Shown here in pieces: positions 51,269 through 63,764 of a stretch of DNA of 64,000 nt. Position 1 is the stretch's first letter. Every line of letters begins with the position of its first letter. Source of the stretch: Octopus sinensis (lineage: Eukaryota); the NCBI RefSeq assembly GCF_006345805.1, contig NC_042998.1, positions 133,610,001-133,674,000 of the forward strand, in the 5' to 3' direction. Below the pieces are notes generated by a model that did no database searches, was not told the DNA's origin, and saw only the letters and a list, made by a program, of their open reading frames with translations. Both the position numbers and the translations under genes were made by a program.

Positions 51269-51502
51269 CACACACACATACACACAGATATACAGCTAAT
51301 TAGCATGACTAAGTTTAGAAGACTAGATTGCTCTACTGTTTACTTGTCATTAACCTCTTTCTGTTGGTTTTATTTTTTCGTTTTTTTTTATGGTCGTCTA
51401 TCTATTTATAATGTTCTCTTCCACTACCAGTCTTTGTCTAGCTCCTGACCTCTGTTTATCTAACTATCAATCTATCTTTTTATCTTCCTATCAATCTACC
51501 AT

Positions 51503-51554
<52 letters not shown>

Positions 51555-51583
51555 ACATTCATACATACATACATACATACATA

Positions 51584-51675
<92 letters not shown>

Positions 51676-52305
51676 TGTGTGTGTGTGTCTCTGTCTTGCT
51701 AGTTTTTATAATGTTTATGTATTGTTTCTGCATTAATTTTTTTCTCACTCAACATTTTTTTCAACATTTATCAGCATGTCTCGTGTTTGTGTGTGCATGT
51801 ATGTGTGTGTATGTACGATTGTATACCTTTTATCTTTTACTTCTTTCAGTCATTTGACTACGGTCATGCTGGGGCACCACCTTGAAGAATTTTTAGTAGA
51901 ATGAATCGACCCAAGTACCAGGTATTTTTTTTTAGTCCGGTATTTACTGCAGCGGACTCTTTTGCCGAACCCCTAGTTTCCAGGAGCGTAAACACAATAA
52001 CACCGATTGTCAAACTGTGGTAGTTGGGGGGGGGACAAACATACACACACACACACACACACCACACACACACACACACATACACACAGATATACAGCTA
52101 ATTAGCATGACTAAGTTTAGAAGACTAGATTGCTCTACTGTTTACTTGTCATTAACCTCTTTCTGTTGGTTTTATTTTTTCGTTTTTTTTTATGGTCGTC
52201 TATCTATTTATAATGTTCTCTTCCACTACCAGTCTTTGTCTAGCTCCTGACCTCTGTTTATCTAACTATCAATCTATCTTTTTATCTTCCTATCAATCTA
52301 CCCAT

Positions 52306-52357
<52 letters not shown>

Positions 52358-52376
52358 ACATTCATACATACATACA

Positions 52377-52412
<36 letters not shown>

Positions 52413-52414
52413 TA

Positions 52415-52463
<49 letters not shown>

Positions 52464-52842
52464 GTGTGGTGTGTGTGTGTGTGTGTGTGTGTCTCTGTCT
52501 TGCTAGTTTTTATAATGTTTATGTATTGTTTCTGCATTAATTTTTTTCTCACTCAACATTTTTTTCAACATTTATCAGCATGTCTCGTGTTTGTGTGTGC
52601 ATGTATGTGTGTGTATGTACGATTGTATACCTTTTATCTTTTACTTCTTTCAGTCATTTGACTACGGTCATGCTGGGGCACCACCTTGAAGAATTTTTAG
52701 TAGAATGAATCGACCCAAGTACCAGGTATTTTTTTTTAGTCCGGTATTTACTGCAGCGGACTCTTTTGCCGAACCCCTAGTTTCCAGGAGCGTAAACACA
52801 ATAACACCGATTGTCAAACTGTGGTAGTTGGGGGGGGGACAA

Positions 52843-52870
<28 letters not shown>
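51235..52870. repeat. Near-identical ~800-bp tandem duplication with breakpoints in (CA)n
   Basis: gatatacagctaattagcatg at 51287 and 52089. Units differ essentially only in microsatellite lengths; each contains a SINE A 3' half on -. Confidence 0.95.
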
Positions 52871-52883
<13 letters not shown>

Positions 52884-53298
52884 TATGCATCTGTTTCGCT
52901 CACAGATTTTTTTATTATTTTTTTAAAATAAAGTCTGAAATTTTGCATACTGGAGTCATTTCTCACATTGAACACGGTTTACTTTCAGCATTTTTGACGA
53001 AATTTCTTATTTTAGAAGTTATTTCGCGTTAAAGTTGATCTATTTGGGTAATTTTAACCAGTCAACGACGTGTATTCAGCTGGAGAAAGCTGCTGCTGTA
53101 TGCGCTAGTAGTCGAAGACCAACAAATTCCGGGTCATCTTTATTAACTGTCACTACTCTGTTCTATTTTATTTTTGTTCACTGCCTGTGCTGCATATTAC
53201 ACGTTTTCTTTTTTGTTTTTTTTCTTTTTCATAAATTGCATATCTGCTTTAGACCACATACATACATACATACATACATACATACATACATACATACA

Positions 53299-53329
<31 letters not shown>

Positions 53330-53333
53330 GTTC

Positions 53334-53369
<36 letters not shown>

Positions 53370-53804
53370 CTAGCAGTATAGCGCTTAAAACGGCAGACTT
53401 TGATGTCAAAGTTTTGACATAATTTCAATCTTTTTTGAAAAGTAAAAATTTTGCATTATGTAGCTTGTTATTCTCTTTATGTGAACATTTTTCTGGTTGA
53501 AATACACTGAAAAATGGCGACACAGCAGTCAAAAAATCGTAAAAATAGGGATTTTCATAGAAAAAAAAGCACTTTTTCATGAAAATAATTTTTGATCTTA
53601 ACATGGTCCGATTTGAATTTTTTCTTCTAGGAAATGAAGAACAATCCTTCTTCTATCATACTCTCAATTTTGGTCAACTTGCGCTGCAGGGTCTTGGAGG
53701 AGATAGTGTTAGTTGAAGGCCACCAAACCTGCCACACACACACGCACACACACGCACACACACACGTTAATGTATTTGTGTGTGTGTTAGATAGCTTGCA
53801 ATTT

Positions 53805-53815
<11 letters not shown>
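53370..53815 (-). mobile_element. Non-autonomous Helitron-like element inside a (TA)n tract
   Basis: Minus-strand 3' end ATACTGCTAG|T matches the 19917 end. 5' end tatataaaattgc merges into (TA)n; the subterminal hairpin is absent. Confidence 0.6.
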
Positions 53816-53836
<21 letters not shown>

Positions 53837-53852
53837 ATATATATTATATATA

Positions 53853-53925
<73 letters not shown>

Positions 53926-54589
53926 ATAAATATAGATATATCCACATACATGCCTACATATATAGGCGCAGGAGTGGCTGTGTGGTAAGAAGCTTCCATC
54001 TCAACCACATGGTTCTGGGTTCAGTCCCACTGCGTGGCACCTTGGCCAAGTGTCTTCTACTGTAGCCTCATGCCGACCTTGTGATTTAAACCTTAATCGA
54101 TTTTCGAACATTATTGTGTTCTCATCAGAGGCGTCTACATCATGTGTGTTTGTGTGTGTGAATGCGTGCGTGTGTGAATGCGTGCGTCTGTGAATGCGCT
54201 TAAGTATGTGTATATATATATATATATTTATGCCTACATGTATTGAAATTTAGAGTTATATATGCATATACTCTATGCCGGTGTGTAGAATTCCATGCGA
54301 GTGCTTTTTGTGTCCGTGTGTGGACAGATGTACATACTAATATGTATGTGTGTAAGTGTGTGTGTATGTGTATGAATGTGTCTGTGTGTGTCTGTGTAAT
54401 ATATGTGATAATGAGAAGGGTTGCGTTTATCTGCCCGTTTGTTTGACTTCAAACGAACCATATTTGATCTTTGTGTTTTTTCAGTGTCAGCTGGTAGTGT
54501 CGCAGAAAATACACGTAGTAGCAGCATTTCATGTGATGTGCATAATGAGGGGCAGGAAGGAGGCAAAAGAATCAGTGGAGCAGTGAGGA

Positions 54590-55080
54590 AGATCCTACCA
54601 GATAGAGATATAGGAAAAAATAGGAAGAGAAAGAGAGAAAGACAGAGAGAGGGGAGAGAAAGTGAGAAAGAGAGACAGAGGAAAATAGAGAAGGGGATAG
54701 AAAAGGGAAAATACATAGAAAGAGGGGGAAGAGAGAAACTACAAAGAATGAAAGTGGAGAAATAGAGAGAAAATGAGAGAGAGAGGAAGAGAAAGCGAGG
54801 GACAAGGAGAGAGCGAGGGATAGGGAGAGAGCGGGGAAGAGGGAGAGAGCGAGGGAAAGTGAGAGAGAGAGGAACGACTAAATTCATACATAAAAGAAAG
54901 CCGAGTGGAAGTGAGTAATGGGTAGAGAGACAAAAATGAAGCGAGAGAGAGAGGAAGGAAAGGAGGGAGAAAAAAATGAAAGGGTGATGATGACTTAGAG
55001 AAATAGAGAGAATGAAACAAAGAGAGAGAGAAACAGAGAAAGGGGTGGTATTAGGAATGAGAAAGAGATTAAGTGAATTG
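54590..55080 (+). repeat. Polypurine GA-rich tract with ~18-bp ggagagagcgaggga minisatellite units
   Basis: Read directly from the sequence; explains the spurious 288-aa minus-strand ORF. Confidence 0.9.
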
Positions 55081-55699
55081 TTTCTTACATATGCAGAAAC
55101 CCTGAAATATGGAGGATGTTGGTAAATAACAAGTGCCATAAAACAGTACTTGACCGGGGTTGATTTGTTCGACTAAAAGGCAGTACTCCAGCATGGTCGC
55201 AGTCAAAGGACTGAAACAAGTAAAAGAATAGAATATAAGAACATATATCCATAGGCGCAGGCCTAGCAGTGCGGTAAGAATTTTGCTTCCCGACCACATG
55301 GTTCCGGGTTCAGTCCCACTGTGTGGCACCTTGATCAAGTGTCTTCTACTGTTTCTTCGGGCCGACCAAAGCTTTGTAAGTGAGTAGACGGAGATCTGAC
55401 GCTGAACACGGTTTACTTTCAAACTTTCAACATTTTTGTTAAAATTTCCTATTTTAGAAGTTATTTCCTGTTAAAGTTGTATTTTTGGTAATTTTAACCA
55501 ATCAGCGACGTGTACATTGCTAGAAATAAGAGCTAAAATTCTCCAGTACTATAGTTAATGCACATTAATGAATATATGTACACTAATAGAGATCATAATT
55601 GTCCGAAAATACCGACCGAGAATTCTTAAAACTGACGCGTCAGTTTTGGCAATTCCCGTTGCCATCATCAGTTAAGCCAGTTTAACGTTTGGCTATTTA

Positions 55700-56620
55700 C
55701 TTTGATATTTTGATAGTTTTCGGCAGTATTGGCTGAGTCCATGTCTAACTGAATAGCACCACCTGGCAAAGTCATTCAAATCAGAAATCGGACAATCATA
55801 GCCCACTCGAGTAGGGAGTTATTGTTTACGGAGATATATCCAGGTGTAGGAGGTTTATACGGGATTTTTTGAAGGAATTTTTCCAAAGACTTCTTTAACT
55901 TTATGGGGTCTGTCTCTGCTTTAATGTGTTTTGCTGTAACGTTAAAGAGAGCGGGGCAAATTGACGTGAAACAATTGTGCAGTATTGCTGTTATGTGATG
56001 CGAGTATGATTTATGTTGTGGGTGGATAGCACGGGGCCCAAGTCTTGGGTGTATCTTAAAGGTGGTGCCAACGTCGTTTGGCCAAAGCTGATAGAATATT
56101 TTCCACATCATGCAGATGATGTAGCACTCTTGGCGGCATTGGAGAGAATAAAGCTTGAACTTTTCTAGCCGACCCCAATAGTCAAGGCCTGTCAAGCCAT
56201 CTATCTTTTATGCAATTGACTTTGAGGTGCTTCAATTTCCATGATATTTTGTTTCGTGTGGGGAGACTACAAGGTCAACAGTATCCAAGGTGGGGTCTGG
56301 CAAAAGTGGAGAAGAGAAGGATAATGGTGTAGATATCTGACTAGAGAGTTCTGAGAATCCAGGAACACATTCTGCAGGCCAAACCAACAGTGCTGTTTAT
56401 ATGAGCGGCCCAGCTTATGTTATTGTCCACAATTACTCCCAAGTCTCCAATGTTGTTGGATGCCACGAGAATTTCACCTGAAGGAAGGGAGTATAGGAAT
56501 TCCAGAGTATCCTCTTTTCCGAAGTGGATTAACTCAAATTTGTCCTTGTTCAGCAGCATATTATTCTTTTCTGCCCATTGGATGACAGCCAGTAGATCAG
56601 ACTGAAGGCATGCCCGGTCA
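55700..56620 (-). mobile_element. CR1-group LINE, 5'-truncated 3' end (RT C-terminus plus short 3' UTR)
   Basis: DLLAVIQWAEKNNMLLNKDKFELIHFG, DLGVIVDNNISWAAHI, LDYWGRLEKFKLYSLQ, KKSLEKFLQKIPYKPPTPGY, NSLLEW. ORF is broken between the two track ORFs. Confidence 0.9.
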
Positions 56621-56634
56621 CCCACTTCATTGAT

Positions 56635-56762
56635 GACGGTGGTGGTGGTGGTGATGATGGTTGTGGCAGCGGCGACGGCGGTGGCGGCGGTGGCGGTGGT
56701 GGTGGTGGTGGTGGTGGTGGTGGTGGTGGTGGTGGTGGTGGTGGTGGTGGTGGTGGTGGTAC
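56635..56762 (+). repeat. (GGT)n/(GGC)n microsatellite at the LINE truncation point
   Basis: Read directly from the sequence. Confidence 0.97.
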
Positions 56763-58334
56763 TGCTGTTGTTGCAATTAGTAGTAAAATGTCATATTGAG
56801 TGACGGATGAAGATTACCACACAAAAACTTGAGCAGTCCATCCTACGGGCTTCTGTCTAGTTTCCGTTTCCCAAACTTCACTCCTGAAATTTGCGTCGAC
56901 TCGAGCATATGATGAAAGGCACTTGTATAATTTGCTGGGCACTTAACTGGAACTCAGGATTGTGTATTTAAGAAGGTAACTTCTTAAACACAGACATATG
57001 ACTGCCTCCTAAGAAATGGTTGATACTATCTCACAAAGCGTTCGATCTATAAGAAATAGTAGCTCAGTTTCCTTAAAAAAATAGGGGCCGTTGTTTGGTA
57101 TGAAGCGATCTTTGATATACTCTGTCTGTAAAACAGCAGAAAATGGCCCATCTAATTACGGTTGAAATAGCCTTTGATCAGAGTTAACTTCGGACTAAAC
57201 AACAAAAACAATATTGTGTTTGAGATTATTCTCCTCCTCGCCTGGTTATGTTGAACTAGTTCTATTTTCAATCCGTTCATTTTCACTACAAACTGAATGC
57301 ATCTTTTCTTACAATTGTCAATCCCTCATATTTAAGATCTCCGTTTACTAGAATTTAGTGTCATTTACATTTTCACTCCACTGTAGTTAAGATACCAGGT
57401 GATAGGCCCAATTGTTATGTAGCTGATACTGCAACAGCGAACCTCTGTATAGTCAACAGTGAAATTACTAGAAATCTATTCAAATTCATTGGATTCAATA
57501 TTGTACACTTATTTCTAAAACATTTACGACAGGGGGCTATTGTTATTTCTGTAGATATAGCTTATGGATGTTTTTCACCGGAACCGAGCGGATCACTAGC
57601 AAAAGACAATTTGTGTGAGCAAAACCAATTTCACAGAGTTTTGAATATATGAGTTAGTTTGCATAGCATACAGGAGTATTTTTGGATATATTTGCAATAA
57701 TGTATCGGGAGTAAATGTCTCGTTCAGTATTCCATCAGTATACCTCATTTATAAAGGTATGGCTGCATTTTGGTTTTAGTATGCCTGTGGTATGACAGTG
57801 AGAACAATCTTTCATCGGAGTAACGTTGTGAATAATTTTAGCAGCAAAATTCATATCTCACGGAAAGGTTTTTCAATTTCTTAACCGATGGGTTAATGGG
57901 GATTCTGGTGATGTTTACAAGTTTAATAAATTGGAAGCCTGCAATCAAACCTCGCGTATGAACAGCTTAGAATAAATCGATTTTTTTGTCTATTTAGGGT
58001 ACAGGCATGTTCATGTCAATGCAACGGATAGCGTTGCCCAGTGTGGAATGAAGAGTGTCTCGCTAACGGGGATGAATGGCCACATTGGGCATCATGAGTA
58101 GTTAGAGGGATCCCTAGTGGCCACAAACGAAATCGTGTTAGCGACTATTATGTGCACAATTATGGCTGAATGGCTAAATGGCTGGCTGGCTGCATGGATG
58201 GAGGGATGGATGGTGTATAAGTTGCATGAGTATGGACAGGATGAGAATGGATGTTTATATATATACACACACATACACACACACACACACATACACACAT
58301 ACACCCACACAGATTTATTATTGCTTATATATAT

Positions 58335-58706
58335 TCTCTTTTACTCTTTTATTTGTTTCAGTCATTTGTCTGCAGCGATGCTGGAGCACTGCATTTAGTC
58401 GAACAAATCGACCCCCAAGACTTATTCTTTGTAGTCCTAGTACTTATTCTGCCGGTCTCTAGAACTGATAGTTAGAGGGACATAAGCCCACCAACATCGG
58501 TCGTCAAGCTATGGTGGGGGTGCAAACATAGGTACACAAATACAATCATGGGCTTCCTTCAGTTTCTGTCTACCAAATCTACTGACAATGCTTTGTTCAG
58601 CCCGAAGCTATAGTAGAAGACATTTGCCTAAGGTACCACCTAGTGGGACTGAACCCAGAACCATGTCGTTGAGAAGCAAGCTTCTTACCACACAGCCACT
58701 CCTGTC
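58335..58706 (-). mobile_element. SINE family A, full length
   Basis: Head, body and tail on the minus strand. Confidence 0.88.
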
Positions 58707-58809
58707 TAATTGCTGGATGGATGTGCGTGTATGTATGATAATTAATAAATATATAGGTAAAAGTGCACATGGACAAATATACGTACGTTCATACAAAGCG
58801 TGTGTCAAT

Positions 58810-58878
58810 GTATGTATATATGTATGTATGTATGTATGCATGTATGCATTTATGCATGTATGTATACATATATGTATG

Positions 58879-58912
<34 letters not shown>

Positions 58913-58958
58913 TGTATGTATGTATGCATTTATGTATGTATGTATGTATGTATGTATG

Positions 58959-58992
<34 letters not shown>

Positions 58993-59215
58993 TGTATGCA
59001 TGTATGCATGTATGCATGTATGTATACATATATGTATGTATGTGCGTATGTATGTATGCATTTATGTATGTTATGTATGTGTATGTATGTATGTATGTAT
59101 GTATGTATGCATGTATGCATTTATGCATGTATGTATACATATATGTATGTATGTCCGTATGTATGTATGCATTTATGTATGTATGTATGCATTTATGTAT
59201 GTATGAATGTATGTA
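58810..59215 (+). repeat. (TATG)n tract with higher-order repeat units
   Basis: The block tatgcatgtatgcatttatgcatgtatgtatacatatatg recurs, with variation, about three times. Confidence 0.93.
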
Positions 59216-59949
59216 TAAATGGTCTGGTGGTTTAATGGATTTATACACATACCTTAAGGGGAGGTATTTGTGAGACTAATGTTATAAGTAGGTCTATACG
59301 TCCTATAAATGTCTTACTGTACGTTTTGTCTGTCTCACTATCTGTCTGCCTTTCTCTCAGAGGCGTGAGAGATAGAGAAAGAGAGAGTGAGAGAAAGAGA
59401 GAGTGAGAGAAAAAGAGAGTGAGAGAGAGAGGGTCGTAATGATGGGAGGGAAGTACATTGTGAAAAATGGAAGTAGAAGCGAGATCGAGGGCGTAGTAGC
59501 AAGAGTCACAGATAAACCGACAATAATAAACAGAGAAATAGAAAGAGAGAAAGGGAGAGGAAAGAAGAAGTGAGGCGTAGAAGGGTTTTTTTTTTTCTTT
59601 AGTAGCAGGTTAACCAGTACAATTGCTGTATCCTCCCTCAATCGTGGTCAGTGACCCGTGATTAGAAATGTAGGGTGTCAGATGTGGAATTGAAAGGAGA
59701 TAAAGGAAGATCAGGAAATGGAGGAGGAGGCAAGGAAGCAAGTTAAGCGAAGTAAACACATACACACATATATATACAACACCAAGAAAAACTATGATGG
59801 AGGGGTGAGACAGACTAGTTCTTGGAGGTAATAAGGTCGGTCGTATGGAGGTCGAGATGAAAGAAAAGAAAGAAAGGAAAAAATAGGTCGGAATCTCGAG
59901 AAGATGAACAATTATGTTAATTATATTATAATAATAGCAGCGGGAGAAA

Positions 59950-60050
59950 AACTTACCGTTGCAGCGATAATCTTTCGGTGAACCGAATCCGCGCCCCAGT
60001 TTCGATTCCTTGACGGAACCGTCTCAGTTTGGTGGATAACGCTCGTTGGC
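59950..60050 (-). promoter_or_regulatory. Candidate minus-strand first or non-coding exon with strong 5' splice site
   Basis: CpG-rich patch ending in CG|GTAAGTTTT (exon end 59956); no in-frame ATG. Confidence 0.25.
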
Positions 60051-61210
60051 TTACTGGGAATTTGGTGCAAACAGTTGTTCCAGATGCTTTACTTTATCTA
60101 AATTCGTACCCTTGCTGTTTCGAGTTCAAATCTTTCCGGGGGTCAACTATGCCTTTCATAAACCCGCATGTGGTTGGTAAACTAAGAACGAGTAAGTTAC
60201 CACACCACGCTGTATTCATTCACTAAAATCTCATATATCATCTCTAGTCATTATAAGAGCTGACAGTTATGGTTAGACTATGCTTCACCGAAAAGGTCTA
60301 GTAAGACAAACGTACATATCTTATTAGATCAGACTCCGCTCCCCCTCTACCTTCTATTTTCTCATGTATTTAAATTCCATAGTTGTCTCCCCTGTTTTTC
60401 TCGACCAGAATTAATCATTTAGATTTGTAAGTTTGGGGGATTTTCTCCTCACTTCACTTCAAATTTCCTGGCTCAGATCAAAAATGTACATTAAGTTTTT
60501 TTTTTACTAAGAACTAGTGATGCACAAGAGTCAATAAAATCTATTATATATCCTTGTAGTTTACCAGGAACTCACCATTATTCTATAGAACACGGATATA
60601 GCACTGGCGATACCTGAACTCAAAATCCAGTTTGACATCTAGTCCGTAGTCCAGCCGTTCCTGCTATTTTCCCACAGGAAAAAACGAAAATACAGTTATC
60701 ACTTCACAAGCATGTTCAGCATTTCACTACATTACATTACATATAAAAGAAGTGCTAACGAGAGATTTTGAGTTATCGCTAGACTTTTTGTTTTTAGAAA
60801 TATCAGTCAAATCTCCCCCAAATCACATCCAACTGATTAAAACAAAAACAAAAAATGATATATGAGGACAAATTGAACATTGTAATTCTACATATTCCGA
60901 GAAGACAGAATTATTACGTCAAGAATGCTTTTCATATTTTAGGTGTGTGCGACCAGCTTTGATCTGGGAGTTCGTGTCCTACCATCGATATTTTAAAACA
61001 CTTAGCTGTGGAATATCTTAGTTCATCTGGTAGTAAATGAGTACTGTCATCTACTCATCTGGATGTATCAAATGACAAATTAAGACGTTAAAAGATAAGC
61101 TATCAAGTTATAGATCGGTAATTGGAAATAATGAAGGTCGGTGAATGAAGTTCGAGATGATAGTTTTCAAAGAATAATAAACAACAGATTGATATCTAAG
61201 AAAAATTAAC

Positions 61211-61535
61211 AGGTGTGCCTGTATGGTGAGAAGCTTGTTCTGGGTTCAGTCCCACTGCAAGGTACCTTGGACAAGTGTTTCTACTTTAGCCTCGGGCCGA
61301 CTAAAGCCTTGCGAGTGGATTTGGTAGACGGAATCTGAAAGAAACCCGAATATATAGCGCTTAACAACTGATGTTGGTGTGTTTACGTCCCCGTAACATA
61401 GCGGTTCGGCAAAAAGGAAACGATAGAATAAGTACTAGCCTTACAAAGAATAAGTCATGGGTCGATTTCTTCGACTAAAGGGGGTGCTCCAACATGGCCG
61501 CAGTCAAATAACTGAAACGTGTAAAAGAGTTAAAA
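61211..61535 (+). mobile_element. SINE family A lacking the internal microsatellite
   Basis: Head and tail present; the interior is contracted. Confidence 0.85.
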
Positions 61536-61879
61536 AGTACAAGAGTCATATTAATTGTATGGTGACTGTACTGGTACAGGCGAGTTGCTACTACAATTGA
61601 TATCTTTAGATGAATCTACGAATTGGTTTCGTTAATTTGTTGGAATTATTTCACTTTAGTGGATAATGCGCATACTTATCACTTTTGCCAAAATCGATTG
61701 CGTTTTGCTATCCTTGTTACAAAAGAAAAAAACAAATTTTTATCGTTTACTTGCTTCAGTCATTGGACTGCAACTATGCTGAAGCACCGCCTTGAAGGGT
61801 TTTAGTCGAACAGATTGACCACACGACTAATGTTTTTAGTCTGGTACTTACTCTGTCGTGGTTTTTATTCTTTTGGACG

Positions 61880-62385
61880 TTCCTGTCTCCTTGTTTCAGA
61901 AGAAGAACTTTGCTCGAAAGGTAAAGCAACCACTCTTTCTTTCCTTCTCTAAGTTTCTTATTAATACTTTGCATGTAACACGTCCTCGCGTTGTTGTTCT
62001 TTTTTTTCTTGCCCTTTTGCTCCGTTTCTTTTTATTAAATATATATATAATGAGTTAAAAAATATATAATGAGTGCACCGCCAACTTCTCATCAGTTATC
62101 GGCCAGAGGGTCAACCGCAATTTCGCGCCTAACCGATATATATATATGTGAGAGTGTGTGTGTGTGTGTGTGTATGTCTGTGACCGCGTGTGTACCGTTG
62201 GCGATTTTTTCCCTCTGTCTTCCCTTCTCTGGATCTTTCCTTCTCCTATGTTTCCGACGAAGAGCTCCGCTCGAAACGTTAAACCCTCCTTCTTTCCTTC
62301 TTTTCTGAGCGCATAATAATACTATATTTGTTCCACGTCCTCGCGTTGTTGTGTTTTTTTGTGCTTTCTTGTTTGTATTAACTGT
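61880..62385 (+). mobile_element. Two tandem Penelope-like repeat units, each with a hammerhead-like motif (61893-61927, 62250-62284)
   Basis: GTTT-CCGACGA-A-GAGC(TCC)GCTC-GAA-ACGT-T-AAAC, and a degenerate GTTT-CAGAAGA-A-GAAC(TTT)GCTC-GAAAGGT. Both units share acgtcctcgcgttgttgt. Confidence 0.6.
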
Positions 62386-62890
62386 ATGTATGTATGTATG
62401 TATGTATGTATGTATGTATGTACAATGCCCTTCCACATAGCTTCTGTCTATTAAATTCCTTCACAAGACATTCGCTGGCCCAGTGCTACAGAAGAAGACA
62501 CTTGCAGAAGGTGTCACACATTAAACTGACCCAAAACCACGTTGTTGCATAGAGCACTTCTTAATTACACGCTATGATTAATACATATGTAACAAAAAGC
62601 AAAAAACAAGTCACAAAGATAAGTATAAAAAGGAGGTATTGTCTGCAAGTTAAACAGTTGACATTTTTAACATATATTCATTCGCAATAATAATTGCTAT
62701 AGATTGGAAATTTAATTGTTTATTACAGCATCCTCATAAATATATGTCTAACCATTGGATACATGTATGATAATTGTTATATAATAACTCGGGCATACCA
62801 TCATCCTAATATATTAAATATATAGAAAATGTTTCTTTGTTTTACATTCTTCCAGTACACGTTATTGTTTCTGTCGGTTTATTAACAGCT

Positions 62891-63282
62891 AGGCGTAGGA
62901 GTGGCTGTGTGGTAAGTACCCTGCTTACAAAACCACATGGTTCCGGGTTCAGTCCCACTGCGTGGCACCTTGAGCAACTGTCTTCTACTATAGTCTCGGG
63001 CCAACTAAAGTGAGTGGATTTGGTAGACGGAAACTGAAAGAAGCCTGTCGTATATATGTATAATATATATGTATGTGTGTGTATATGTTTGTGTGTCTGT
63101 GTTTGTACCCGCCAACATCGCTTGACAACCGATGCTGGTGTGTTTACGTCCCCGTAAAAGAGACCGGTAGAATAAGTACTAGGCTTACAAAGAATAAGTA
63201 CTGGGTTCGATTTGCTCGACTAAAGGCGGTGCTCCAGCATGGCCACAGTCAAATGACTGAAACAAGTAAAAGAGTAAAAGAG
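62891..63282 (+). mobile_element. SINE family A, full length
   Basis: Complete head, internal repeat and tail. Confidence 0.93.
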
Positions 63283-63764
63283 TCAATCATTCATAGGACT
63301 TCCGGAAGTAAGCAAATAGCTCACTAAGAAATTAACTGTCTGCATTCATTATACACTCACTGTTTACACGCACTCACGCTTACACACACATATATACAAG
63401 CACATATATTCACATGTATATATAAAGCTCCATCGCAGATATTGGCTACCAAACGTCATCAAAGAGTGGGAATATTCCTGTCACAGGATGTACGTCTGGA
63501 ATTCCAGAGTAACCGTAGAGCTTATGCAAAGAGCTATGGTCACCAGACACACACACACACGTATGTATGTATGTATGTATGTATGTATGTACGTATGCAA
63601 GCATGCATATACACGCACGTGCTTTTCGTGCGTCGGCAGATTTTAACGCACGAAACATCAGCGGTTTATGAATAAACTATATTACATTCTCATGTTTTGA
63701 GTTCTAGTTCCCTGTTTGCATCTCCAGCGAGATCTTTCGGCTGTGTAGTGTGTGTGTGTGTATC

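Noticed and set aside
54273-55139. Longest ORF (288 aa, minus strand)
   Set aside because: It is the reverse complement of a GA-rich low-complexity tract (S/L/F/P-rich) and not credible as a gene.
57360-57650. 97-codon open frame (KIPGD...HLFLK...GAIVI) resembling a Helitron Pif1 helicase segment
   Set aside because: Key motifs (LLRNL, GLCNGT) are absent. Resemblance by eye is too weak; an HMM search is needed.
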